This document shows, piece by piece, positions 30,171-39,873 of a stretch of DNA of 64,000 nucleotides; the first letter of the stretch is position 1; each line of letters starts with the position of its first letter. The translations under genes were made by a program, and so were the position numbers. Source of the stretch: an uncultured Alphaproteobacteria bacterium (GTDB lineage: Bacteria > Pseudomonadota > Alphaproteobacteria > Micropepsales > Micropepsaceae); assembly GCA_963805005.1 (NCBI GenBank), contig CAWDSJ010000001.1:357734-421733 (forward strand). Reading direction: 5' to 3'. The notes under the pieces were generated by a model. That model ran no database searches. It had not been told where the DNA came from and worked only from the letters and a program-made list of their open reading frames with translations.

Positions 30171-31455
30171 GCACCGCGGAAAACCGCAGATCGGAGCAAG
30201 CCCGATAAATCCGGATACGGCGAAGCTTTCGGGACAGAACGTTCCCCATCGCACCGAACACATGCTCGGTTTGGTGGAAGAACGCGCGCAGGCCGGTCGC
30301 GCGGCGCTCGCCGGGCAGCCGAACGCCAATCAGAATGTTCTGGATTTTCTGGCGCGATGGGGCGCCACGGCCACGCGCAGCGCGGTGGCCGCAAACGCCG
30401 ATGCGAGCCTGCGGACAAACCAGTTTCTTGCCAACGACAGCGATAACCGCGTCCGCGCCGAGCTGGCCGCCAAGCTCGGCCGTATTCTTCCCTGCCAGCT
30501 TAAGGCAGAGGAAGCCCATGTGCGGGACGCGTTTATAACAATGCTGGAACAAATCGCTTCCGATCGGGAAGCAAGCGTCCGCGCCGCGCTCGCCGAGGAG
30601 ATCAAGCTGCTCGATTGCGCGCCGAAGGCCGTCATCGACGCCCTGGCGCGGGACGCCCAGTCGATCGTGGCGGTTCCGATCCTGCAATTTTCGCCGCTGC
30701 TGACCGACGAAGATTTGCTCGAGATCGTGGCGGCGGCCGAAGCCAGCGATGTTCTTGCCGCGATCACACGCCGGAAGGCTGTCTCGGGCGTAGTATCGGC
30801 CGCGATTGTCGAGACCCTGGACACCGGCGCCATCGCCGCCCTGCTCGCCAATCGGCAGGCCCATATCCGCAAGAAGACGCTCGACAGGATCGTCGCGCAG
30901 GCTGCCTCTTCGTGCGAACTGCATGCGCCACTGACGCTGCGCCCCGAATTGTCGCGGCGAATGATTTGGCGGATTTCGCAATTCGTCGGCGCTGCGCTGC
31001 TGGACTCTCTCGCGCAACGCCACGGGCTCGACCCCGTGACGCGCCATGTGCTGCGGGCCCGCCTGCGGCGCCGTCTGAAATGCGAAGCCGCAGGTCTGAC
31101 GCCGCATGCCCCTGCCGCCAACGCGAATGGCGACGGCGAACTTGTCCGCGACGGCGATGGTCTGGAGCAGGCGATCGGCGCCGGCCGGCGCGAAACGGTC
31201 GAGTGTGCGCTGGCGCGGCGCGCCCATATCGACCTCGATGTCGTCCGCAAGATTTTTGCGGCGCGCGCGGCGAAACCGCTGACCGCGCTGGTCTGGCAAG
31301 CCGGATTGAGTATGCGGTTCTCGTTCAAAATCCAGACAGAATTGCTGCGCCTGAAAGGTCCGGAGCTTCTGCCGGCACGCAACGGCGAGGGTTTTCCGCT
31401 CGACAAATCCGAGATGCGCTGGCAGCTGGACTTCTTTCGCTCCCAGCCGCGTTAG
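30142..31455 (+). CDS. DUF2336 domain protein (start uncertain)
   Basis: SVRAALAEEIK, ALARD, VAVPILQFSPLLTDEDLLEIV, ALLANRQAHI. Confidence 0.8.
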   Translation: MAAPKSAVPRHRGKPQIGASPINPDTAKLSGQNVPHRTEHMLGLVEERAQAGRAALAGQPNANQNVLDFLARWGATATRSAVAANADASLRTNQFLANDSDNRVRAELAAKLGRILPCQLKAEEAHVRDAFITMLEQIASDREASVRAALAEEIKLLDCAPKAVIDALARDAQSIVAVPILQFSPLLTDEDLLEIVAAAEASDVLAAITRRKAVSGVVSAAIVETLDTGAIAALLANRQAHIRKKTLDRIVAQAASSCELHAPLTLRPELSRRMIWRISQFVGAALLDSLAQRHGLDPVTRHVLRARLRRRLKCEAAGLTPHAPAANANGDGELVRDGDGLEQAIGAGRRETVECALARRAHIDLDVVRKIFAARAAKPLTALVWQAGLSMRFSFKIQTELLRLKGPELLPARNGEGFPLDKSEMRWQLDFFRSQPR

Positions 31456-32301
31456 GGTCTGTAGACATTCACGTGATGGCCCGCAAGGCGCCGGAGAGAT
31501 AGACGAAGCCGGCGAAGCTGGTGTCGGTTTTGTCGTAGCGCGTTGCGATGCGACGCCAGTCCTTCAGTCGCTGGATGCAGTTCTCAACCAAATGGCGCCA
31601 TTTGTAGATCTCGGCATCATGGGGAATGCAGATTTTGCGATCTTGCTTCGAAGGAATAACGGCCAGAGCACGACGGGCGTTCAATTCGCTGCGGAGGGCA
31701 TTGTTGTCGAAAGCTTTGTCGGCAATGAGAGCTTCAAAATCGACGTTCTCAATCAATGGCTCGACGCCAACGCTGTCGTGCCGCTGACCGGGCAGCAGCA
31801 CGAACTTCGCCAGATAGCCCAAAGCATCGACCAAAAGGACGATTTTCGTCGTCAACCCGCCGCGAGACTTGCCTATGGCTTGCCCTTGGGTCCCCCTTTT
31901 GCGTCGGTACCGTGCCGGTGCACTTTTATGATTGTGCCGTCGATCATGGCGTACTCGAAGTCAGGGTCACCGGAGAGCGACTTGAATATCTTCTTGAAGA
32001 CGCCTTTGAGCGCCCAACGGCGAAATCGTTTCCAAACTGAAAACCAATTGCCGAAATCATCCGGCAGGTCACGCCAAGGCGATCCGGTGCGGGCAATCCA
32101 AAGAACACCTTCCAGAAAACGCCGATTGTCGTTGCCTGAGCGACCAGGATCCCCCACTTTACCGGGAAGAATGGGCGCGATCCGCTTCCACTGCTCGTCG
32201 TTAAGAATTCTCCAAATCAAGGCCGCCCCTCCAATTTTCAGCCTTGAATCAAAATTTCAGCCGTTCGGGAATCCCCTGGTGCTATGAATGTCTACAGACC
32301 C
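31455..32301 (-). mobile_element. IS5-family (IS427-group-like) insertion sequence, 847 bp
   Basis: Perfect 17-bp TIRs GGGTCTGTAGACATTCA (31455-31471 / 32285-32301) and TA duplication (31453-54 / 32302-03). Confidence 0.9.
31469..32220 (-). CDS. IS5-family transposase, orfA (31873-32220) plus orfB (31469-31855) joined by a probable programmed -1 frameshift
   Basis: EQWKRIAPILP, RTGSPWRDLP, MIDGTIIKVH, ADKAFD, RHLVENCIQRLKDWRRIATRYDK. AAAAGGGGG slippery site at 31892-31900 on the minus strand. Confidence 0.88.
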
Positions 32302-32324
32302 TAGTGCCTCTGACAAGAATATTT

Positions 32325-32474
32325 CCTCCCTGAGAGCGCGGCCATCTTGGCCGCATCACGGTGCAGTAACATCAGGTGCGGGCTGGAAGCCCGCGCTCCC
32401 AGGTAGAAACTGTTTTCATTGCACGGCGGGTCCGCACCGCCGATGACCAACTTTGTGGTGAAAGCGATCCGGAG
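32325..32474. repeat. Composite REP element, empty allele
   Basis: Highly similar inverted copy at 52491-52716; contains the GCGGGCTGGAAGCCCGC and GGCGGGTCCGCACCGCC hairpins. Confidence 0.85.
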
Positions 32475-32730
32475 GAGCGCCGGGACCACGCGTCTCCGCG
32501 AGCCAATCTTATCGGGCGGCAGGCACGATGCTTGCCGGTTTCGTCGTCCACAAATCAATCACGCGGAGATGGGAAGGTGCGGAGCAATGCTGCGAATGCG
32601 TCGCGATCAGCATGCGGCAATGGCAAGGCTGCGCGATTTGATAGCGCGCGTTCGCGCAGATGACCACTTCAACGATCCAGCGGAGAACCAGCCGCTGATG
32701 CTCGGCGAGTGCAATCTCGCTCCGCGTCTC

Positions 32731-32937
32731 CCCATCGCCGCGGCACCCTATATAGGGATGAATAGAACCTCAATAATAAAACACGCGTTACATAAAAATA
32801 CGATCTTATCATAAGACAGATGTCGCACTGGCCTGGTTCGTAATTTCGGATTGATTTATAATTCGGCGAGTTCTAGGATTCATTACAAAACTTTGCAGCG
32901 AGAATGCTTCGACATTTTACGCGCGCGATGCGAGGCG
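32731..32937. repeat. AT-rich 207-bp element, copy 2
   Basis: Shares CCCATCGCCGYGGCACCCTA, CTCAATAATAAAAC, CGTTACA, CGGATTGATTT, AGAATGCTTCG and ATGCGAGGCG in order with copy 1. Confidence 0.75.
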
Positions 32938-32940
32938 GCC

Positions 32941-33329
32941 GGCGGCGTGACCTACACGTTCGGCGTGCTTTTCGGCACCTGCAAGGCCGCCGTCGACCGG
33001 ATGGCGCGCGACATGGCGATCGGCTGAAGCCCCACAATGTCGCTTCGATGTCGCTTTGGCAGGGCCTTACCTTCACCGAGCGGGCGCAGGAGAACTTGAA
33101 GAACGTGCCCGGCATGGCCATGCAACTCGTCAGCACTGCCGGTTCATCGGTCGAATTTCCCGGCCGGGTCATCGCCGCGCTTGCCAAGGATCCGGACGTC
33201 ATGAAGCGTACGGGCGGCACGCACATCAACGCCGAACTCGCACAGGACTACCGCGTCACCGACATCGATGGCAGGGTCGTTCCGTCGCTGCGAGCGGAGC
33301 GCGGCTCGCCGATCTGGAAGCCCGTTTAG
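32941..33329 (+). pseudogene. C-terminal remnant of an SDR oxidoreductase (DHRS1-like)
   Basis: FGTCKAAVDRMARDMAI, then a 1-nt frameshift, then LKPHNVASMSLWQG...EFPGRVIAALAKDP...DIDGR. Rossmann N-terminus absent. Confidence 0.75.
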
Positions 33330-33368
33330 CGGTCGGAAAAAAAACGAGCTTGGCTGAAACGAGGAGGT

Positions 33369-34580
33369 ATGGACATGAAGGCCGTAGCCGATCTTGACTT
33401 GGCCTACCTGCCGATGGAGCAGACAAACTTCGCCGAGAACCCGTTCCCGTACCTGGCCGCGGCGCGACAACATCATCCGTGGCTCGCGCAATGTTCGTTC
33501 GGATATGTGGTGAACGAGTACGCGGCGATGAGAGAACTCATGGCCCAGGAAGACAAGATGCGCATGTCGCATCCCGGCGTGGTCGAGCTCATGGGGGCGA
33601 AGGGCACGCCATGGGGCCGTTTTATCGAGGAATCGATCCAGGCCCAGTCGGGGGCCAACCACAAGCGGCTGCGGGACATCCTGGCGCCCGCCTTTACGCC
33701 CCGCCAAGCGAACCTGCATCGTCCGCTGATGCGCGAGGTGATCTCTCGGCTGCTCGACGAGTGGGTACCCAAGGGTGCCTTCGATTTCGAAGAGTTTGCG
33801 TCCCATTTTCCGATCACAGTGGCATGCAGAATGATCGGATCGTCTCCGGACGCCATTCCCGGCCTGCGCGCATCGCTCGAGACGATGGGCCTCGGGTTCA
33901 GCATGGATCGTAAATATCTGCCGGCTTTGCAGCAGAGCGTCCTCGTGCTGGACGAATTCGTTCGGCACCTTTTGGCCGACCGACGCGCGGAGCGGCACCC
34001 GCACGAAGTCCCCGATCTGCTCGACCTTTTTCTACGGGCGGCCGACGCGGGCCAAATGACGGATGACGAACTCGCCAATCTCCTGATCTTCTTGTTCGTG
34101 GCCGGCTACGACACCTCCAAGAACGTTCTCACGATGATCATGCACATGCTGCTGGACCGGCCGGACGACTATGCGCGCTGCGCGCAGGATCCGGACTTCT
34201 GCCGTAAGATCGTCGACGAGACGCTGCGCTACCACGGCCCGGCCTCCTCGCCGCGCATTCTGACCGAGGACATTGTCTATCGCAACGTGCGGCTGCCGAA
34301 GGACGCCATGCTTTTTTTCCCCTGGAGCGTGTCCGGTCGCGATCCGACCGCCGTCGACAATCCCGACGTGTTCCAGCCCGAGCGTGCCGAGGGCAACCGC
34401 CACTTGGCGTTTGGACTTGGCCCCCATATTTGCCTCGGCCAATTCATCGCGCGCGCGCAGATCGAGGAAGGCCTTCATCTGATCTCGCAGCGCATCAAGA
34501 AACCGAAACGAGCAGGCACGAGCGCCTGGCGGCCGTTTCCCGGCGTATGGGGCATCCGCGGTCTGCCGATCGAATTCTAA
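33369..34580 (+). CDS. Cytochrome P450
   Basis: FVAGYDTS I-helix, ETLR (ExxR), FGLGPHICLG heme motif. Confidence 0.93.
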   Translation: MDMKAVADLDLAYLPMEQTNFAENPFPYLAAARQHHPWLAQCSFGYVVNEYAAMRELMAQEDKMRMSHPGVVELMGAKGTPWGRFIEESIQAQSGANHKRLRDILAPAFTPRQANLHRPLMREVISRLLDEWVPKGAFDFEEFASHFPITVACRMIGSSPDAIPGLRASLETMGLGFSMDRKYLPALQQSVLVLDEFVRHLLADRRAERHPHEVPDLLDLFLRAADAGQMTDDELANLLIFLFVAGYDTSKNVLTMIMHMLLDRPDDYARCAQDPDFCRKIVDETLRYHGPASSPRILTEDIVYRNVRLPKDAMLFFPWSVSGRDPTAVDNPDVFQPERAEGNRHLAFGLGPHICLGQFIARAQIEEGLHLISQRIKKPKRAGTSAWRPFPGVWGIRGLPIEF

Positions 34581-34781
34581 CCCGCCGCCGCGTCCGGATA
34601 TGCGGGCGCCGCCTGAGCATATTCGAACCCGTATTCTCCAGATGACATTGTAGCTGCAAGGGCGCGAGCCGATTCAGACACAGATATCAGAGGCCCATGT
34701 CATCGGATCGAGGATGATCGTGGCGTACCCGACGACCTCGCCGGCCGATTGCGCAGCTTGACCTCGGACAAAGGATCAATC

Positions 34782-34798
34782 ACTTTACATTGCAAAGT
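34782..34798. promoter_or_regulatory. Imperfect palindrome ACTTTACATTGCAAAGT upstream of the second P450 (possible operator)
   Basis: 14 of 17 positions symmetric; about 50 bp upstream of ATG 34851. Confidence 0.35.
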
Positions 34799-34850
34799 AA
34801 GCTGGCGTCGGACGCCTGAGCGGGTTCGCTCGGCTTAGGGAGTCGATCCT

Positions 34851-36074
34851 ATGGCAACTCAAGCAATGCCTTCCTTTGTTCCCGATCATGTACCGCCCGA
34901 ACTGGTCTGGGACCATTCGCTGGCCGAATTCAATTCCGAGCTTGACGATCCGTTCCTGGCAGCCAGCCGGTTGCTCGATGGACCGGAAGTCTTCTGGGCT
35001 CGCGACGGGGCCCAGGGCCGGCCAGGCTGGGTCATTGCCCGCCGCGCTCTGCTTCAGGAGGCCTTCGTCGACTGGGGGCATTTCAGCAGCGAAGGCGGCA
35101 TGGATTTGACGCAGGCACTGGGCGTCAACTGGAACCTCAACCCCGTCAACATCGATCCGCCCAGGCACACGACCTATCGCACGATCCTCACCCCTTTCTT
35201 CACGCCCAAGGCCGTCAGCCACATGGAAGGGGCGGTCCGCGAGACCTGCGACCGGCTGATCGCCAAATTCGAAGAGCGCGGTTCCTGCGAGTTCGTTAGC
35301 GAGTTCGCTATCCCCTTCCCGAGCTATATCTTCCTGGCCCTGATGGGCATGCCGATCGAAATGGTTTCGCAGTTTTTCGCCTGGGAGCAGAACCTGCTGC
35401 GCGGCTCCACGATGCAGGAACGGCTGACCGCCGGACGGGAAATCCTCGCCTATCTCGAAAGCCACCTCGAGAAGCAGCGGGCGAAGCCCGCAACGCCGTT
35501 GATGGAAGGCATCATGGGGGCGCGGATCGATGGCCGCCCGCTCAATGACGGCGAAGTGCTCGGCATGTTCTACACATTCTATGTAGGCGGGCTGGACACG
35601 GTGTATGCTACGATCAGCTGGTCGATGCGCTATATTGCGACCCGTCCCGACTTCCAGCGGTACCTACGAGGAAACCTCGACCAGCTTTCGCGCGCGGTGG
35701 ACGAGCTCCTGCGGCTGTTCAGCGTCGTTTCGACACAACGCCGAGTGGCCAAGGATTTCAACTTCCACGGCGTCGACATGCGCAAGGACGATCTCGTCAT
35801 CATGCCGATCTTCGTCGCTTGCCGGGATCCGCAGGCTTATCCCAATCCGCATGAAGCGGATCTCCAGCGGAAAACCCCCATGCTTGCCTTCGCCAGCGGA
35901 CCGCATTTCTGCCTCGGCCGGCATCTGGCGCACCGGGAGATCAGGATTGCGATCGAAACTTTCCTGAAGCGCTTCGACGATATCCGCATTCCGGAAGGCG
36001 AAACCTATGCCTATCACGCCGGTCCGACCTTGAACGTGGACCGCCTTCCGCTCGCCTGGAGGCGAGTTGGCTAA
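34851..36074 (+). CDS. Cytochrome P450 (CYP101-like N-terminus)
   Basis: VPDHVPPELVWD, FYVGGLDTV, ELLR, FASGPHFCLG. Confidence 0.93.
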   Translation: MATQAMPSFVPDHVPPELVWDHSLAEFNSELDDPFLAASRLLDGPEVFWARDGAQGRPGWVIARRALLQEAFVDWGHFSSEGGMDLTQALGVNWNLNPVNIDPPRHTTYRTILTPFFTPKAVSHMEGAVRETCDRLIAKFEERGSCEFVSEFAIPFPSYIFLALMGMPIEMVSQFFAWEQNLLRGSTMQERLTAGREILAYLESHLEKQRAKPATPLMEGIMGARIDGRPLNDGEVLGMFYTFYVGGLDTVYATISWSMRYIATRPDFQRYLRGNLDQLSRAVDELLRLFSVVSTQRRVAKDFNFHGVDMRKDDLVIMPIFVACRDPQAYPNPHEADLQRKTPMLAFASGPHFCLGRHLAHREIRIAIETFLKRFDDIRIPEGETYAYHAGPTLNVDRLPLAWRRVG

Positions 36075-36304
36075 TCGTTTGAGCCGGCGGACAATCGGCG
36101 GCTCTCCGCAGGATGTCCTAGCCCGCTTTCCCTAAATGAGATTGGAGTTGCAAGGGCATGCGAACCAATTCGCACATAGGTGTCGGAGGCTTATGTCGTG
36201 CCGCCGCGTGATTGCAGCGGCTTGCCGGGAAGACGTATAGATCGGCGAAGCGGCAGCGGGCTCTGCTTGGATCGGGCGCACGAACTTCGCACGGAGACGA
36301 AACA

Positions 36305-37546
36305 ATGGCCGACACCGCCGCTCGTTCCAGGCCGGAGCACGTGCCTCAATCGCTGGTTTACGACTTCGATCTCCACCACGACCCGGCTCTGATCGCCGAT
36401 CCGCACGCCCGCATTCTCGATCTTGTCGAGAACGCGCCGCCGATTTTTTGGACGCCGGCCCATGGCGGCCAGTGGGTGGTGACCAGCTATGACGCTATTT
36501 TCGAAGCGTCCCGCGACTGGGGCGCTTTCAGCAGCGAATTCGTCTCGCGCGAGCGCATGCAAGCCTTGATGGCGGCGCGTCCGCCGGGCGTGCCGCATAT
36601 CCCGGTTGCGGTCCCGATCAATCTCGATCCGCCCGAACACGGCAAGTACCGACTGCCATTGAACCAGGTCTTCTCGCCCAAAGCCATGAACATGATGCAG
36701 GACGACATCCGGGCGCTCGCAAGGCGGCTGGTTTCCCGTGTCGCAAGCAAGGGCCGCTGCGAGTTCATGAGCGAAATCGCCGAACCCATGCCCGTTCAGA
36801 TCTTTCTGAAGCTCATGGGACTGCCTCTGGAACGGCAATCGGAATACCGCGCCCTGGTGCGCGAACATCTGTCGCAAGGAATAAAATCCATCGAAGAAAG
36901 TCTGCGCAAGCTGCAAAAGATCGCGGCCGCCATGCGCGACACCTTTATCGAGCGCCGCGATCGTCCCCGCGACGACCTGATCAGCCGGCTCTGGCAGACG
37001 CAAATCGACGGCAGGCCCACCACGCTCGACGACCTTGAGAACTACGGTGTTCTGCTCTTCATTGCCGGACTGGACACCGTCATGAACAGCATGGGCTTCG
37101 GCGTGCGCCATCTGGCGCTGGACCATTCGCTTCAGGACCGTCTGCGCCGGGACAAGAGCCTGATATCGGATGCAGTCGAGGAGCTGCTGCGGCGTTACAG
37201 CATCGTTGCGGTTATTCGCAGGGTCGGCAAGGACCAGATCTTCCACAACATAGAGATGAAAAAAGACGATCGCGTGCTTCTGATGCTGCCCTGCGCCAAC
37301 CTGGATCCGGGACATTTCGAAGAGCCGGCGCGGTGCGACGTGGATCGCGAGGACAAAGTCCACATCGCATTCAATGCCGGCCCGCATCGCTGCCTGGGGT
37401 CGCACCTGGCACGGATCGAGCTGCAGATTTTGTTTGAAGAGCTGTTGCAATGCCTGCCGCAGTTCCGTTTGGATTCGGCAAGGCCGGCAGTCTTCCACGG
37501 CGGCAACGTGATCGGCGTCGACGAACTGCATCTCGTCTGGAATTAG
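36305..37546 (+). CDS. Cytochrome P450 (CYP101-like)
   Basis: PEHVPQSLVYDFD, IFWTPAHGGQWV, LFIAGLDTV, ELLR, FNAGPHRCLG. Confidence 0.93.
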   Translation: MADTAARSRPEHVPQSLVYDFDLHHDPALIADPHARILDLVENAPPIFWTPAHGGQWVVTSYDAIFEASRDWGAFSSEFVSRERMQALMAARPPGVPHIPVAVPINLDPPEHGKYRLPLNQVFSPKAMNMMQDDIRALARRLVSRVASKGRCEFMSEIAEPMPVQIFLKLMGLPLERQSEYRALVREHLSQGIKSIEESLRKLQKIAAAMRDTFIERRDRPRDDLISRLWQTQIDGRPTTLDDLENYGVLLFIAGLDTVMNSMGFGVRHLALDHSLQDRLRRDKSLISDAVEELLRRYSIVAVIRRVGKDQIFHNIEMKKDDRVLLMLPCANLDPGHFEEPARCDVDREDKVHIAFNAGPHRCLGSHLARIELQILFEELLQCLPQFRLDSARPAVFHGGNVIGVDELHLVWN

Positions 37547-37639
37547 CCCGCATTTCTCATACTCCCTGCGGCTCGGGTTCACGAGCAGCATGGCCGTCGT
37601 GCTGGCTGGCCCCAGACTTTCGATTATCTCTGTGATTGA

Positions 37640-37872
37640 TTCGCGCAGAGACGCGGGGACGCGGAGGAAACCGTCGGCGAATTACCTGCGCGAAGCGTGA
37701 GGAATCTGACCGCCAAGCGCAAGGCGCCAAGGACCTTCGAACTCCGAGCACTTTGGCGTCTTGTCGGTTCAACTTTGCGTAATAGTATTGGCGCTACGCG
37801 CCGGATACTTCCCTCCGCGTTCCCCGCGCCTCCGCGAGCCAAGCTTAGGGGGCGGCAGGCACGATGCTTGCC
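37640..37872. repeat. Nested REPIN-like composite
   Basis: Outer CGCGCAGAG/CTCCGCG arms, inner ACCGCCAAG arms. The 42-bp core 37765-37806 matches 61979-62020 with one mismatch; the tail matches about 32503-32537. Confidence 0.75.
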
Positions 37873-38012
37873 GATTCAGTCCTGCCGACACGAACTGACG
37901 TAGAAATCCCATCGCTTTACGAAGAGTTCGAACCGTCAAATCCGCTGTGCAGAGGTACTGGCGGTTTTTGAACCGCCTGCTACGCTGCCGCGGACTCGTT
38001 GGGGGACTGATC

Positions 38013-38744
38013 ATGCGCGTCTTCGGATTGCTCTACGGCGTCATCGCCTATTTCATCTTTTTCGGCGCGTTCGTGTACGCGGTCGGTTTCGTCGGAAACT
38101 TCGCTGTGCCGCGCAGCATCGACACGGGCGTGAGCGGTTCCGGCGCGATCGCGTGGATCGTCGACGCGGCGCTGCTCTCAGTCTTCGCCGTGCAACACAG
38201 CCTGATGGCGCGTCCGTTCTTCAAGCGGTGGTGGACACGCATCGTGCCGCATGCGCTCGAGCGTTCGACCTACGTCATCTTTGCGAGCCTGGCGCTCTTC
38301 CTCATCTACTGGCAGTGGATCGCGCTTCCGCAGGCGGTCTGGCTCGTCGCCGCGCCGGTCGGCAGCATGATCCTGCGGGCGCTGTTCTGGGCGGGCTGGG
38401 CAATCGTGTTCATCAGCACCTTCCTCATCAATCATTTCGATCTCTTCGGCCTGCAGCAGGTCTGGGACAATTTCCGCGGACGGCCGGATTGGGTGGCGCA
38501 ATTCCGCACGCCACTCTTTTACCGCGTCGTACGACACCCGATTTATCTCGGCTTCACGCTCGCGTTTTGGGCGACGCCGTCGATGAGCGTGGGCCATCTG
38601 CTGTTTGCTATGGCGACGACCGGCTACATGCTGATCGCCATCCAGTTCGAAGAGCACGATCTGATCGGCGCGTTCGGCGCGACCTATGTCGAGTACAAGC
38701 GGCGCGTCTCGATGATCGTCCCGCTGCCGCCGCGACGGAAGTAG
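38013..38744 (+). CDS. mddA: Methanethiol S-methyltransferase-like membrane protein
   Basis: LLYGVIAYFIFF, VPRSID, FAVQHSLMARPFFKRWW, ERSTYV, INHFDLFGLQQVW, YRVVRHPIYLG, EEHDL. Confidence 0.82.
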   Translation: MRVFGLLYGVIAYFIFFGAFVYAVGFVGNFAVPRSIDTGVSGSGAIAWIVDAALLSVFAVQHSLMARPFFKRWWTRIVPHALERSTYVIFASLALFLIYWQWIALPQAVWLVAAPVGSMILRALFWAGWAIVFISTFLINHFDLFGLQQVWDNFRGRPDWVAQFRTPLFYRVVRHPIYLGFTLAFWATPSMSVGHLLFAMATTGYMLIAIQFEEHDLIGAFGATYVEYKRRVSMIVPLPPRRK

Positions 38745-38765
38745 CCGCCGCGCAGGAGGACGCCC

Positions 38766-39620
38766 ATGGCCGACCCGGAGCAGTTCAACGCCGATCAACG
38801 GGCCTTTTGGGACGGGGCTGGCGGCCGCACCTGGGTAGCGCGGCAGGAACACACCGACATCACACTGGCGCCGGTGTCGAAGGCATTGCTCGCCCTCGCC
38901 GCGCCGCGCTCCGGCGAGCGGGTGCTGGACGTCGGCTGCGGCTGCGGCGCGTTCACGCTGGAGCTTGCGCGCGCCGTCGGCCCGCCCGGCCGCGTGGCCG
39001 CATTGGATATTTCCGGGCCGATGCTGGCTGAGGCCCGGGCACGCGCGGAGGCCGCCGGCATCGCCAATATCGATTGGCGGCAGGCCGATCCCGCCACGGC
39101 GGCGTTGGGGAAATACGATTTGCTCGTGTCGAACTTCGGCGTGATGTTCTTTGGCGATCCGGTGGCGGCCTTCGCCAATATGCGCCGCGCCGCAAACCCT
39201 GGCGCGCGAATGGCGTTCGTGTGCTGGCGGTCGCTCGCCGAAAACCCTTGGATGAGGGTGCCGATCCAGGCAGTGCTTCCCCATGTGCCCCCGCGGCCGA
39301 AGGCAGACCCGAACGCCCCAGGAATGTTCGCCTTCGCCGATCCGCAGCGCGTCACGCAGGTGCTCACCGCAGACGGCTGGGCGCCGCCGCGGTTCGACAA
39401 ACTCGACCTCGATCTGGACATTGCCGCCGGCCGCGGGCTGGACGAGGCCGTGGTTCAGGTGACCCAGATCGGCGCCATCAACAGCTGGCTGCGGGACCAG
39501 CCGGCGGACGTCGTTACAGCCGCGAAGGCGTCCATCCGCGAGGCGCTGGCGCCGCATGTGGACGGCTGCTGCGTGCGCTTACCCGGAGCGATGTGGCTGG
39601 TTAGCAGCAAACCCGCCTGA
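38766..39620 (+). CDS. Class I SAM-dependent methyltransferase
   Basis: VLDVGCGCG, ALDISGPML, SNFGVMFFGDP. Confidence 0.9.
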   Translation: MADPEQFNADQRAFWDGAGGRTWVARQEHTDITLAPVSKALLALAAPRSGERVLDVGCGCGAFTLELARAVGPPGRVAALDISGPMLAEARARAEAAGIANIDWRQADPATAALGKYDLLVSNFGVMFFGDPVAAFANMRRAANPGARMAFVCWRSLAENPWMRVPIQAVLPHVPPRPKADPNAPGMFAFADPQRVTQVLTADGWAPPRFDKLDLDLDIAAGRGLDEAVVQVTQIGAINSWLRDQPADVVTAAKASIREALAPHVDGCCVRLPGAMWLVSSKPA

Positions 39621-39632
39621 GCCCGCGCTGGC

Positions 39633-39825
39633 AGCCACTTTTCTCAAAAAGTGATTCGTCGAAAATGGCGGCATTTTTAGCGCAGGGTTCGCAGTGGATT
39701 CGCGGGCGACGTCGTGGTTTTCTTGCGCCCTGCGCGCGCCATTTCTCTCCCGCGGACTCTGCGAATCCACTGCGACCACCGCGCTGAACCTTTTCACGCG
39801 TCACCAACCTGTGATTTCCGGCGTG
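39633..39825. repeat. REP-like element (TTTTAGCGCAG family)
   Basis: AAAGTGATTCGTCGAAAATGGCGGCATTTTTAGCGCAG nearly matches about 60360-60400; internal CGCAGTGGATTCGC / GCGAATCCACTGCG inverted repeat. Confidence 0.7.
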
Positions 39826-39873
39826 GCAACATGCAACGCCCCTGTGACAGGTTCGAGTGTTCGGCCAATCCGT

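Noticed and set aside
24545-37546. Integrase-bounded genomic island or prophage
   Set aside because: No integrase, att duplication, tRNA target or phage genes found; only an IS and decayed catabolic genes.
20084-38744. DMSP/methanethiol pathway linking the DmdC-like dehydrogenase and mddA
   Set aside because: The genes are 16 kb apart with no dmdA/B/D, and this acyl-CoA dehydrogenase subfamily is broad.
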